Shown one piece after another: positions 34,746 to 48,012 of a stretch of DNA of 64,000 nucleotides (position 1 is the first letter of the stretch; each line of letters opens with the position of its first letter). The position numbers were made by a program, and so were the translations under genes. Origin of the DNA: Squalus acanthias. Its lineage: Eukaryota. The stretch spans positions 3,162,001-3,226,000 of the forward strand of contig CM059432.1 in assembly GCA_030390025.1 (NCBI GenBank), written 5' to 3'. Below the pieces are notes generated by a model. It searched no databases, had not been told where the DNA came from, and saw only the letters and a list, made by a program, of their open reading frames with translations.

Positions 34746-36507
34746 GGCCGCGATTTTCCTCACCTCAGCGGATCCGGTGCAGCTGGGGTCGGTGGCGGGT
34801 CGCGGCCCCGCTGCGGGCTCCATCCCGCTCTGTGAAATGATTTTCCCTTGATAGGGCTTGTTAAACCCCGCCCAGCGCGCTTCCCGGGCCAATTAGAGGA
34901 AGCGGGTTTGATGACGTCATTTGATGACGCATCATCAGCCGGTTTCCTTATAGGGACCATGGACAACTTTAGTTTGACTTTGTGCTGTTAGTGTTCTACA
35001 GCATTGAGGTGCTGCAAACACTGACAAGCACTGCTCAAAGGCACAGGGCTGCACCCAGGCTCTCCCATGACTCCCACCATATGCTTATGGAGAGAGTCAC
35101 AGCACGCAGGGAGGTCCTCTTCCCTTCCCATGGGCAGAAGATACCTCCCCAGGAGATCAACACAGCCTGGTTGCACATTGCACAGGAGGTCACCAACAGG
35201 GATGTGGTCAGGAGGACCAGCTGCAGTGCCGCAAACATTTCAAAGATCTCAGTAGATCACAAAACATTAGTACAAAGCCTTCATCCTGCTGTGCCTCTCA
35301 TCACATCCCCATCACTCTGCCTTCCCTACCCTACTCCTGCACATCCTTACTCACACCAACTTACCTTGCACCTCCACCCACCCCTCTCTATCTACATTAT
35401 CACTTCCCCATCTCACTAGCCACCCCTCACACTCACCCTCATCCTAGTGCAATCATACCAACTAACAACACACAAGGGTAGGCACTTGGGTGCTTTATCC
35501 AATGTTCATGTAAAGTTTCTGTTAATGTGCTGTCAAACATTGAAACCTTTATTTTCAACACTTTCCATTCTTGGACAGATTTGTGTGCACCTTTGGAAGA
35601 GGCTTAGTGAGTTGCAGTGAATGGTGAGACATAACGGTACCCCCCACAATGGTGGTGAGTGTGAAAGGAATGGCTTGGGCATTGTAGGGATGCTTTATGG
35701 TGTTCCTGTGGGGTGGTGCCAACCTGGCACATCATTTGGCAGCCAGGGTGTGCAGTGTCAAGTGAAGTAAATCTGGCCACGGTGAGGCCATCCCTGGCCT
35801 CCTGGGCAGCAATGTGGTCGGGTGCTGATGCCCTCTGTCCTGTGCAGCATCAGGTGATTGTGGAGAAGGTTGTTGGTGCTGCTGGTGTGCCTGGTGATGC
35901 TGGTGTTGGGGCTGATTGTGGTCAGATTCTGAGGACCAAGGTGAGAGAGTATAAAGGGCACCCATGCTGATGGAATAGATGGCAGGTGAAGTAGAGATGA
36001 CAGGAGCATTCTGTCAATGGTGAGAGTTCTTCCAAAGAGGTGATACTGGATGGAGAGTGGAAAATGGAAAGCCTGCTGAATCTGTGCTGGAAATGGACTG
36101 AGAAACAGCTTGTGGCTGAGGAAAGTGAAGATCTGTCAGGTGGAAGCTTTTACTGTACATTTGAAGCTGTCAAGGAATCAGCTGGAGCAATGGCCACTGA
36201 ACTTCTGCCTCAGGTTGACAGCCGTGGTCCCCGAACAGTGTGGTTCCCGCGGCCATGAAGTTAAAGTGAAAAGGTAAGTTAAAAAAAGCCTGTTAATGAT
36301 CTGTCAATGAGGCAATAATGAGATTAATTGGGTCGCCCGACGCTGCCTGTCGGGTCTGCTCAGCGCTGACAGACCTGCCATCGGGGAAAAGCACGTTGCG
36401 GCAGGTCAACATCGGGGTCCTGACCCGTTGTCCAACAAAAAAACTTTCCCACCCGACCCGCCATCGATCCAGCCCGCTGACCCCCCGGAAAATTCCCCCC
36501 TCCCCCC
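34746..36507. mobile_element. Non-autonomous Harbinger element B, same family as A, opposite orientation
   Basis: Left end GGCCGCGATTTTCC, degenerate right end GGAAAATTCCCCCC; possible TSD CAG; decayed Myb exon PRLSHDS...RREVLFPS...WLHIAQEV on +; colinear with the reverse complement of A. Confidence 0.82.
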
Positions 36508-36554
36508 CAGGTGTATGTCCTTTCTAGAACAGGGAGCCTAAAAATGCACATAAT

Positions 36555-37806
36555 GGCCCGGATTTTGCATTGAGAATAATAGTGAGGGTATCAGCGCTCC
36601 CCGTTATTATGGACTGAATCGGGCAACAACTTTCGGAGCCCACACATGCACAGTAAAATGCGGAAATCCGGAAGTTGCGCTCCGAGTTAACGTGCTCCTC
36701 CATAGGCTGCGCTATAACAGAACTTCGCTGAAAGACTCGGCATTGATATCCATGTAAGGGCGTGAGATTGCAGTACTTACACACTGGATACCCACTAAAC
36801 ACAGCAGATACAGTTAGGGCTGGTGCATTCAGGTGTAAGTGAGTATTTAACGGCGTGATAAGCTATAATTACAGCCAAACAACCTCTCTGGCCTGGAAAA
36901 ATTAATTTTACAAGTGTGGAGCCTCATTCCTTCAGAATTTAATTAGGGTTGGAAATTTAAAAAAAAAATGTAAATAAAATTTGTTTTTAGTTTTTCTTTG
37001 TCTGTTTTATCTCTCTCTCTTAATCCCATCTTTCTTTCCCTCTCTTTAGTTCACTTTCTTTATATGATTTAAATCTAATTTATAATTCCTGGTTTATACT
37101 TTCTGGTTTCAGTTCAGAGACGATTCATGAGATGAAGGTGTTGTCTTATGAAGAAAGGCTGGGCCTATACTCATTGGAGTTTAGAAGAATGAGAGGTGAT
37201 CTTATTGAAACATATAAGATACCGAGGGGGCTCGACAAGGTAGATGCAGAGAGGATGTTTCCACTCATAGGGAAATCTAGAACTCGGGGGCACAGTTTTA
37301 GAATAAAGAGTCGCCCTTTTAGAACTGAGATGAGGAGGAATTTCTTCTCTGAGGGTCGTAAATCTGTGGAATTCTCTGCCCCAGAGAGCTGTGGAGGCTG
37401 GGTCATTAAATATATTTAAGGTGGAGATAGACAGATTTTTGCAAGATAAGGGAGTGAAGGGTTATGGGGAGCGGGCGGGGAAGTGGCTTTGAGCCCAAGA
37501 TCAGCCATGATCTTATTGAATGGCGGAGCAGGCTCGAGGGGCCAAGTGGCCTATTCCTGCTCCTATTTCTTATGTTTACACTCTGCTTGTTTCAGTGAGG
37601 ATTCTTCAATCTGATTGGTTGAAGAGACACGCTGTTGCTTGACCTGCTCACACACGCTACAGATCCCCTGTAGAGGGCGCCGCGCTGGATCAGACGACCG
37701 ATGGCAGCAAGTTGCCGCGCGAAAGCCCGCGAGATGTCCGTGGGCAGCTGTAAGCGGGACGAATGGCGGGCGCCTTTCCTTTACCGCTGACCACAAAATC
37801 CGGGCC
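36555..37806. mobile_element. Harbinger-type MITE (element C) with nested CR1 fragment (37121-37575)
   Basis: Perfect 13-bp TIR GGCCCGGATTTTG / CAAAATCCGGGCC; flanks AAT/ATT. Confidence 0.8.
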
Positions 37807-37885
37807 ATTACTCGAACTGGCGTTTAACCAATGCTTTGTACAAATTTATCATTACCTCTTTACCCCTGTACTCTATGGCACTAAT

Positions 37886-38131
37886 GTCAGCCGTGGCTCA
37901 GTGGGTAGCTCTCTCTCGCCTCTGAGTCAGAAGGTCGTGGGTTCAAGTCCCACTCCAGAGGCTTGAGCACATAATCCAGGCCGACTCTCCAATGCCAGTG
38001 CTGAGGGAGTGCTGCACTGTCGGAGGTGCCGTCTTTCGGATGAGACATTAAACCGAGGCCCCCGTCTGCTCTCTCAGGTGGACGTAAAAGATCCATGGCC
38101 ACTAGTTCGAAGAAGAGCCGGGGAGTTCTCC
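37886..38131 (+). mobile_element. Deu SINE 5' half
   Basis: A and B boxes plus Deu core. Confidence 0.85.
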
Positions 38132-38782
38132 AAGCGTAAGAACTCCCTGAAAATCCTGGAACTCCCTCCCTAACAGCACTGCGGGAGTACCTTCATCATC
38201 AGCGATTCAAGGCGACGGCTCACCACCACCTTCTCGAGGGCGATTAGGGATGGGCAATAAATGCTGGCCTTGCCAGCGACGCGCACATCCCGTGAATGAA
38301 TAAAAAGGTGTTTGTTGGAAACTCTGATAAGGTTTTGAACCTGTTAACGTTTTCCGACTTCTAAAATATATCAACTAATTAGAGAAAGAATGTAGGAAAT
38401 CTCCAGCATGGACTGCAAGCCACTGACGAGGGTTAGCAAAAATGTACAGAACAGATGGTTTCATGGCCCCCTCTCATCGCAACATAAATCGTTCCAATTT
38501 ATCTGCCAGTTTGTGGGGAATCAGTGGGAGTAACTTTGACTTTGGGCGATATCTATTCGGCCGCCCCTTACACATCTCTCCCGATTTCCATTCCCGTTGA
38601 CAGTAGGATATAAGGTGAGGCAGGTATTCTTCAGCTTACCTTTAGGGGAGCGGAGAGGGGGAAAGAGAGAAACTATTCAGCACCGTTCCTCAGGTCATTA
38701 ACCCTTACAGCAACGATTGCTTGCACCAACGATTGAGTAACTTTTCCCAGTGAGTAGTAGTGAGAAATTAAACAGGAACACA

Positions 38783-40120
38783 AGATCTCTGCGCTCCTCC
38801 AATTCTGGCCTCTTGAGCATCCCTGATTTCCATCGCTCCACCACTGGTGGCCGTGCCTTCAGCTGCCTGGGCCCTAAGCTCTGGAATTCCCTCCCTAAAC
38901 CTCTCCACCTCTCTCTCCTCCTTTAAGATGCTCCTTAAAACCTACCTCTTTGACCAAGCTTTTGGTCACCTGTCCTGATATCTCCTTATGTGGCTCGGTG
39001 TCAAATTTTGTTTGATAATCGCTCCTGTGAAGCACCTTGGGACGTTTTACTACGTTAAAGGCGCTGTATAAATACAAGTTGTTGTTGTTGCTGCTGTTGC
39101 TATAGGAAACAGGAGGAGTCCATTCAGCTCCTTGAGCCTGTTCCGCCATTCAATGAGATCATGGCTGATCCATACCTCAACTCCATCTACCCACCTTGGT
39201 TCATAACCCTCAATACCTTTGCCTAACAAAAATTCAGTTTTGAAATTTTCAATGATCCCCAGCCTCAGCAGCATTTTGGGGGGAGAGAGTTCCAGATTTC
39301 CACCACCCTTTGTGTGAAGAAGTGCTTCCTGACATCACCCCTGAACGGCCTGGCTCTAATTCTAAGGTGATGCCCCCTTGTTCTGGACTCCCCCCCCACC
39401 AGAGGAAATAGTTTCTCTCTCTCTACCCTATCAACTCCTTTAATCATCTTAAACACCTCGATTAGATCACCCCTTAATCTGCTATATTCAAAGGAGTACA
39501 AACCTAGTCTGTGCAACCTGTCCTCGTAATTTAATCCTTTTAGCCCCGGGTATCATTCTGGTGAATCAGCGCTGCTCCCCCTCCGAGGCCAATATATCCT
39601 GAGGTGCGGGGCCCAGAACTGAACACAGTGACTCCAGATGAGGGCTAACCAGGGCTTTAGAATGTGGAACGTGCTACCACATGGAGTAACCGAGGCGAAT
39701 AGCAGAGATGCATTTAAGGGGAGGCTAGATAGACACAAGGGAGAAAGGAATAGAGGGAAATGCTGATGGGGTGAGATGAAGAGGGGTGGGAGGAGGCTCG
39801 TGTGGAGCATAAACACCGGCACGGACCAGTTAGGCCGAATGGCCTGTTTCTGTGCTGTAAATTCTATGTAGTTCTATTCCTTCTGTTGCCTGGGCCCTAA
39901 GCTCTGGAATTCCCTGCCTAAACCTCTCCGCCTCGCTACCTCTCTCTCCTCCTTTAAGACGCTCCTTAAAACCTAGCTCTTTGACCAAGCTTTTGGTCAC
40001 CTGCCCTAATTTATCCTTATGTGGCTCGGTGTCAAATTTTTTGTCTTAAACTACTCCTGTGCAGCGCCTTGGAACGTTTTACTACGTTAAAGACGCTATA
40101 TAAATACAAGTTATTGTTGT
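38783..40120. mobile_element. Cluster: L2 3' end (38783-39100 +), CR1 (39100-39655 -), CR1 tail (39660-39870 +), L2 3' end (39886-40120 +)
   Basis: Each segment matches sibling copies in the window. Confidence 0.8.
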
Positions 40121-40394
40121 TCTGTGTAGCATAACTTCCATCCCTACTGCACCAGTGTGGCATCACTGTTGTTAGAAATACCAACTTCGATAGTCGGTTT
40201 AATGTGAGTGGCATCACATTATGAGGCACATTGGCCCTGGGGATTGGGTTGAGACTCAATGAAAGTATCACCTTGGTAGATTGAGCAGACTTCCATCCCA
40301 TCGTCCTGAGCAGCTTTAGAGCTCAGCTCCCACTGGTGAAATGTTGGGTTCGTACCCATTACTCTGCCAGGAAATGACCCCTCATAATCTGGAA

Positions 40395-42480
40395 GCGGAG
40401 ATGAGGGGACATTTTTTTTTAACGCAGCGAGTTGTTGTGATCTGGAACGCGCTGCCTGAAAGGGCGGTGGAAGCAGATTCAATAGTAAATTTCAAAAGAG
40501 AATTGGATAAATACTTGAGAAGGAGAAATTTGCAGGGCTATGGGGAAAGAGCAGGGGGGAGTGGGACTAATTGGAGAGCTCGTTCAAAGAGCCGGCACAG
40601 GCACGATGGGCCGAATGGCCTCCTCCTGTGCTGTATCATTCTACGAACTCCTGGCCTTATGCTCCTAGCACAGTAAAAGAGGAACAAGATACAATTTATG
40701 TTTGACATTTGAGGTGTAAATATATTTAATTTACCTACATCATTGTAACTTAATCACTATGGGCCATATTTTCAAATCATTTGAGCTAATAATGTTATTA
40801 ATTTGTAATACAAATGGAATTTATGCCGTGCGAATTATTTTAAAGTTTTTTGGCAGGTATTCAAAGCTGACATAAACCTTGCTGACAATCATGTAAATCC
40901 ACAGCATTTTTCTATGCCATGAAATACATGATTCAACATGTCACAAAGTCATTTAATTAAATACAGAAACAAAGATATTCAAAGGTATATGGAGAGACGG
41001 GAGAACCTGGGGTTGTTCTCCTTAGAGCAGCGAAGGTTAAGGGGAGATTTGATAGAGATGCTCAAAATCATGAATGGTTTCGATCCATCCTGACTTGAAA
41101 ATATATCGGCCGTTCCTTCATCGTCACTGGGTCAAGATCCTGGAACTCGCTCCCTAACAGCACTGTGGGAGCACCTTCACCACCCAGACTGCAGCGGTTC
41201 AAGGCGGCGGCTCATCACCACCTTCTCAAGGGCAATTAGGGATGGGCAATAAATGCTGGCCTTGCCAGCGATGCCCACATCCTGAGAATGAATTAAAAAA
41301 AGAGATTTACTAGAATGGTACCAGGGATGAGGGAATTCAGTTATGTGGAGAGACTGAGAAGCTGGGATTGTTCTCCTTGGAGCAGGGAATGGTAAGGGGT
41401 GATTTAATAGAGGTGTTCAAAATCATGAGAGGTTCTGATAGTGTAAATAAGGAGAAACTGTTTCCACTGGCAGGAGGGTCGGTAACCATTAATTTTGGGA
41501 CACAGACTTAAGGTGATTGGCAAAAGAACCAGAGGGGAGAGATGAGGGAATTTTTTTATGCAGCGAGTTGTTGTGATCTGGAATGCGCTGCCTGAAAGGG
41601 CGGTGGAAGCAGATTCAATTGTAACTTTCAAAAGGGAATTGGATAAATACTTGAAAATTTGCAGGGCTACGGGGAAAGAGCGGGAGAGTGGGACTAATTG
41701 GAGAGCTCTATCAAAGAGCCGACACAGGCACGATGGGACGAATGGCCTCCTCCTGTGCTGTAAGAATCTATGGTCGTTAACTCAGACAAGTTAGTCACTC
41801 ACCTGGTTCAGGAATTATTGAAAGGCGATCCTAGTATAAAACCAACGTATGGGTAACTGGTACAGTACGTGGGAACAGTAAAGCCATACCTTTGCTAAAC
41901 GTGCACCCTACTTTTGAGGGACTAGATTTAGGGGCTTGCCATAGTTTCGGTCTCCTTATCTGAGGAAGGATATACCTGCCTTAGAGGGGGTGCAAGCGAA
42001 GGTTCACTAGATTGATTCCTAGGATGAGAGGGCTGTCCTATGATGAGCGATTGTGTAGATTGGGCCGATACTCTCTGGAGTTTAGAAGAATGAGAGATGA
42101 CCTCATTGAAACAAATAAGTTTCTGAAGGGGATTGACAGGGTAGATGCTGAGAGGTTGTTTCCCCTGGCTGGGGAGTCCAGAACTAGGGGTCACAGTCTC
42201 AGGATAAGGGGTCGATCATTTAAGACTGAGATGAGGAGAATTTCTTCACTCAGAGGGTTGTGAATCTTTGGAATTCTCTGCCCCAGAGGGCTGTGGATGC
42301 TGAGTCATTGAGTATATTCAAGGCTGAGATCGATAGATTTTTGGACTCTAGGGGAATCGAGGGATATGGAGATCAGGCAGGAAAGTGGAGTTGAGGTCAA
42401 AGATCGGCCATGATCTTATTGAATGGCGGAGCAGGCTCGAGGGGCTGAATTGCCGACTCCTGCTCCTCATTCTTAAGTTC
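40395..42480 (+). mobile_element. Several CR1 3' fragments (40395-40645, 40985-41772, 41940-42480) separated by unique DNA
   Basis: RT C-terminal motifs (YSLEFRRMR, QRVVVIWNALP) and tails. Confidence 0.8.
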
Positions 42481-42926
42481 ATAGAACTTCAAAGAATGTG
42501 CTCTCTGTATCAAGCCTTCTGTGCATTTCCAGAAGTATAGTTATGGATCTGTGTTACAACTGACATAATCAGTACAAAGACTTCTTTGTCCTAGCGATCT
42601 CCAGTCGGAGGAAGAATGACGGCCGCTGGAACACTGGAAGAGTTTATATATAATGATGTTATGATCTGGAGGAAGGCGCTGGAGGGAACGTGCATGGCCA
42701 TCAGACCTTATGCAGTTGGGACAACATTTAAGATGCAGCGTAAAGTTACTGCAACTTCGTGTAAAAATATTAAGGAGAACATTCACACCAAAATAATGAA
42801 AAGCAGCACTTTAGCCATAGAAAGACTTCTTTCGTGTGGAGCAGGTGCAATGTGGCTGGGGATAACATCGAAGAAAAACAAGCTCAGTCACCACCATGTG
42901 GAGCCTTAATGTACAGCAGATAGACA

Positions 42927-44712
42927 AGGAAAGGGAAAGGAAAAGAAAGAAGGAAGGAAAGGAGGAAAGAAGGAAGAAGGGAGGAAAGAAGGAAAGAAGG
43001 GAGGAAAGAAGGAAGGAAAGGAGGAAAGAAGGAAAGAAGGGAGGAAAGAATGAAAGAAGGGAGGAAAGAAGGAAGGAAAGAAGAAAAGAAGGAAGGAAAG
43101 AAGGGAGGAAAGAAGAAAAGAAGGAAGGAAAGAAGGAAAGAAGAGAGGAAAGAAGGAAGGACAGAAGAAAAGAAGGGAGGAAAGAAGGAAGGAAAGAAGA
43201 AAAGAAGGAAGGAAAGAAGGAAGGAAAGAAGAAAAGAAGGAAGGAAAGAAGGAAAGAAGGGAGGAAAGAAGAAAAGAAGGAAGGAAAGAAGGAAAGAAGA
43301 GAGGAAAGAAGGAAGGACAGAAGAAAAGAAGGAAGGAAAGAAGGAAGGAAAGAAGAAAAGAAGGAAGGAAAGAAGGAAAGAAGGGAGGAAAGAAGAAAAG
43401 AAGAGAGGAAAGAAGAAAAGAAGGGAGGAAAGAAGAAAAGAAGGGAGGAAAGAAGAAAAGAAGGAAGGAAAGAAGGAAGGAAAGAAGAAAAGAAGGAAGG
43501 AAAGAAGGAAAGAAGGGAGGAAAGAAGAAAAGAAGGAAGGAAAGAAGGAAAGAAGGGAGGAAAGAAGAAAAGAAGGGAGGAAAGAAGAAAAGAAGGGAGG
43601 AAAGAAGAAAAGAAGGGAGGAAAGAAGAAAAGAAGGGAGGAAAGAAGAAAAGAAGGAAGGAAAGAAGGAAGGAAAGAAGAAAAGAAGGAAGGAAAGAAGG
43701 AAGGAAAGAAGAAAAGAAGGAAGGAAAGAAGGAAAGAAGGGAGGAAAGAAGAAAAGAAGGGAGGAAAGAAGAAAAGAAGGAAGGAAAGAAGGAAGGACAG
43801 AAGAAAAGAAGGGAGGAAAGAAGGAAGGAAAGAAGAAAAGAAGGAAGGAAAGAAGGAAGGAAAGAAGAAAAGAAGGAAGGAAAGAAGGAAAGAAGGGAGG
43901 AAAGAAGAAAAGAAGGAAGGAAAGAAGGAAAGAAAGAAAGAAAGAAAGGAGGAAAGAAGGGAGGAAAGAAGGGAGGATAGAAGAAAAGAAAGGAGGGAGG
44001 AAAGAAGGAAGGAGCGAAAGAGGAAAAGAAGGGAGGAAAGAAGGAAGGAACGAAAGAGGAAAATAAAGGAGGAAAGAAGGAAGGAAAGATGAAAAGAAAG
44101 GAAAGAAGGAAAGAAGAGAGGAAAGAAGGAAAGAAAGGAGGGAAGAAGAAAAGAAAGGAGGAAAGGAAGAAAGAAGGAAAGATGGGAGAAAGAAGGAAGG
44201 AAGGAAAGAAGAAAAGAAAGGAATGAAGGAATAAAGGGGGGAAAGAAGGAAAGAAAGGAAGAAAGAAGGAAGGAAGGATAGAAGAAAAGAAAGGAGGAAA
44301 GAAGAAAAGAAAGGAAAGAAGGAAAGAAGGAGGAAAGAAGGGAAGAAGGAAAGAAGAGAAGAAAGAAGGAAAGAAAGGAGGAAAGGAGGAAAGAAGGAAA
44401 GAAGGAAGGAAAGAAGGAAAGAAGGGAGGAAAGAAGGAAGAGAAGGGAGGAAAGAAGGAAAGAAGGGAGGAAAGAAAAGAAGGGAGGAAAGAAGAAAGAG
44501 AAGGAAGGATAGAAGAAAAGAAAGGAGGAAAGAAGGAAGAAAGGAGGAAAGAAGGAAGGAAGGATAGAAGAAAAGAAAGGAGGAAAGAAGGAAGGAGGAA
44601 AGAAGGAAGGAAAGAAGGGAGGAACGAAAGAGGAAAAGAAAGGAGGAAAGAAGGAAGGAGGAAAGAAGAAAAGAAGGGAGGAAAGAAGGAAAGAAAGGAG
44701 GAAGAAAGGAAA
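42927..44712. repeat. ~1.8-kb polypurine (GA-rich) tract
   Basis: Almost only A and G, with GGAAAGAA-type subunits. Confidence 0.97.
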
Positions 44713-44892
44713 GTGCCCTGACCCCTCCCCTCTCCTGTGCAGTCTGCCCATTCCTGACTTGCTTCTGCTCTGCTTCGGCCTTCCCCTCACTCCCAGCCCA
44801 CCCCAAGTCCCTGCAACAAGTTCACTCCCACTCTCCCCAGTACCAGCCTTTCACCTCACCACTTCCCTTTAACCCCCGCTCTCACCCTCACA

Positions 44893-45259
44893 TCGGGTCG
44901 CCAACGCTCCAGGGTTGCCCTGGAGTCTCCAGGAATTGGAGATTAATCTCCGGGGCACTGTGGCGAGCAACACCCGGGAGAAACATCACAGGGGCCGTAA
45001 GAAAAATAGAACCAGGGTTTTTTTTTTTCATTTTCTTTGTCCACTAATTATAAAAATATTGGAAATGGGGAAATAAATTGCTGTTTGACTGACGATCAAG
45101 ATTCCTCCAATTGGGTAACGAAGAGTTTTTTCACTTTCCAATTGGTGTTGGAGGGTCGAGAGGATGGGCCAATGGCGGGAGAGTGGGGCGGGGCGGTTGG
45201 AGATGGGGGTCATGTGATGAAACCTCCTGGAATATGTCAAATCAGAGTTGGCGAGCATA
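44893..45259. mobile_element. hAT (Blackjack-like) MITE; partial sibling at ~55488-55745
   Basis: Decayed TAGGGTTGCCAAC-type ends (TCGGGTCGCCAAC / GTTGGCGAGCATA); 8-bp flanks CCCTCACA and CCCCCACA. Confidence 0.7.
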
Positions 45260-45419
45260 CCCCCACATCTCAACTACCTGCGCCCTCCCCAATCCTTGTT
45301 CCCCACAGGACTGGGTTGTAGGGCTCCAGTCTCTTCCAGAACCTGAAGGGCGTTTTGAGCAATAGGCTGATGCCCAAGAGGAGAGGAGAGGGGGAGGGGA
45401 GAGGAGATGGGGGAGGGAA

Positions 45420-45919
45420 NNNNNNNNNNNNNNNNNNNNNNNNNNNNNNNNNNNNNNNNNNNNNNNNNNNNNNNNNNNNNNNNNNNNNNNNNNNNNNNNN
45501 NNNNNNNNNNNNNNNNNNNNNNNNNNNNNNNNNNNNNNNNNNNNNNNNNNNNNNNNNNNNNNNNNNNNNNNNNNNNNNNNNNNNNNNNNNNNNNNNNNNN
45601 NNNNNNNNNNNNNNNNNNNNNNNNNNNNNNNNNNNNNNNNNNNNNNNNNNNNNNNNNNNNNNNNNNNNNNNNNNNNNNNNNNNNNNNNNNNNNNNNNNNN
45701 NNNNNNNNNNNNNNNNNNNNNNNNNNNNNNNNNNNNNNNNNNNNNNNNNNNNNNNNNNNNNNNNNNNNNNNNNNNNNNNNNNNNNNNNNNNNNNNNNNNN
45801 NNNNNNNNNNNNNNNNNNNNNNNNNNNNNNNNNNNNNNNNNNNNNNNNNNNNNNNNNNNNNNNNNNNNNNNNNNNNNNNNNNNNNNNNNNNNNNNNNNNN
45901 NNNNNNNNNNNNNNNNNNN
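45420..45919. other. Assembly gap (500 N)
   Basis: Run of N. Confidence 1.
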
Positions 45920-46453
45920 TGAACACTTCCTAAACTTCAGCCCATCCGATTCTCTGCTGCCCGTATCCTCACTCGCACCAAGTCCCCTGTTCTCCCATCA
46001 CCCCCTGTGCTCGCTGACCTACATTGGCTCCCGGTCCAGCAGCGCCTCGAATTTAAAATTCTCAACCTTGCATTCAAATCCCTCCATGGCCTCGCCCCCT
46101 CCCTATCCCTGTAATCTCCTGCAGCCCCACAACACCCCCGCCCCCCTCCCCGAGATATCTGCCCTCCTCCTATTCTGACCTCTCTGAGCATCCCCCGATT
46201 ACAGTCGCTCCACCATTGGCGGCCGTGCCTTCAGCTGCCTGGGGCCCTGAGCTCTGGAATTCCCTCCCTAAACCTCTCCGCCTCTCTCTCCTCATTGAAG
46301 ACGTTCCTTAAAACCTTCCTCTTTGACCAAGCTTTTGGTCGCCTGTCCTAATATCACCTTGTGTGGCTCAGTATCTGATAACCACTCCTGTGAAGCAACT
46401 TGGGACGTTGTTACTACCATTAAAGGTGCTTTATAAATGCAAGTTGTTGTTGT
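45920..46453 (+). mobile_element. L2 LINE 3' fragment
   Basis: ITPCARDLHWLP-type coding remnant and L2 tail with (TTG)n. Confidence 0.85.
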
Positions 46454-47006
46454 TAAGGTTGCACTAGCTTTAAGTCAGTCGGGCAAAGTGTCACAAGTAT
46501 AAAAATGACCAAAATAATCCAATTCCATCTACAATAGACATTTTATTTGTGCCTGTGTTGAGTAACTGTACCCGTGCTTATGACCGAAGCATGTGTGGGT
46601 GATGGATGGAGCAGGTTTGTTTATTCGTTATAAGGGAGTCAGCAACTCGGTTTCTAGTCTGAATTCGGCTGGATAAACCTTAGGGAGCTTATTTTATTTA
46701 GTTTTATTCATTAATGAAAAAAATCTCTCTCATTTATCCTGAAGCTGAGGGCTGTACACGACCAGATCTACAAACCCGCACATTATTCCTGACAGCACAT
46801 TACTTGGTCTTTCGGTTTATTGACTTAGAATAATTTTCAAAGTATTTTTGTCACGCCTTATTTTTTTAATCTAATCTAACCTTAATTCCCTCTGTGTTTT
46901 CAAAATCGCCGACTTTATGTTTTGTAGATCTCGCTTAGCTGCCTCTGATTTTTCTACTTTATTTCTTTCACTGTGGCCGAAGGTTTTTCAATCTAGACCC
47001 GATATC

Positions 47007-47722
47007 AGGCTAGAAATTCGCCTTCCGTTGGCGCCTCCGGGGGGCGCTAACGGCTTACCGCCCGGGCGCGGCGATGGATCCGCCGCCCGCGAAATTCACC
47101 TGCCGGTGTGCGGCGGCGGTAACCCCTAGCGCCACGCTCTCCTGCGCCCGGAGATCGTCACGTCATGCGGCTGCGCGGCGCCCCGGACCCGAAATTCGGT
47201 TCCGCCCCCTGCAGCATCGCCGGGCGACAACACCGAGAGCTGCAGGAGGCCGTTGTCCGGGAGGCCGTTGCTTCGGGAGCGCTAATTAAAGGTAAGGCCG
47301 CTGGTCTTCGGTAGAAACGTGTTTCCTTCCTTTAGGGCGCATTTTGAAAATGTTTAACTGCCGCGATTGACCAGCCCTCCTCTCTGTTAGAGAGCTTGGG
47401 GCTGATTGTCGAGGATCCCGGCTGCCGTCGGCGACGAGGGAGATGGTTCAAATGCAGAGTCTGCAGCGATGGCCCTTCCCTTTAAGGGAGGGAAGGAGCC
47501 CTCGGGACATTGTGCGGCGCTGCTCCTCTACCGCCCCCCGCCCCCCCGCGTGGTTTAGCGCTCCAGATGGGAAGTGGTTGCGCTTGATTTATCGCTCCAC
47601 TTCCTCCCTGGAGCGCGAACACTGAATTTAGAGAAAGCTGAGAATGATCAGCGCCTGGCGCTAATTTTTCCAGCTTTCAAAATTTAGCGCCCCCAAGCGG
47701 GTCGATACCGAATTTCCCCCCC
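47007..47722. mobile_element. Harbinger MITE resembling the ends of the autonomous copies
   Basis: Ends AGGCTAGAAATTCG and CGAATTTCCCCCCC; subterminal GGCGCTAA/TTAGCGCC motifs; no clean TSD. Confidence 0.72.
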
Positions 47723-48012
47723 CACTGATTGTTTTAAACTATTTCTCCATTACACGTTTTTACGAGCTGTGAGCCTTGTGTGTATTTTTAATGCTTATTC
47801 CCATCCACCTTAAAAAAAATCGATCCCTGGTCTAATATTTTTCATCTGCTGTTGTTGGCTCAGACTTTATTTTTCATTTGGTTTCTATTGATTTTTTTTT
47901 AACCGACGTGCAGCAGAAGAAAGGTTACAGGAAATAAGAACAGCAGGAGCACAACTCTCAAGATAGACACACAATCACACACAAAAACACACACACAATC
48001 ACAGACAATCAG

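Noticed and set aside
42811..44806. ORFs of 338-659 aa (F/S/L/P-rich or K/E/R/G-rich)
   Set aside because: A purine-only tract cannot contain stop codons; no real coding signal.
45270..45933. ORFs containing X runs
   Set aside because: They span the N gap.
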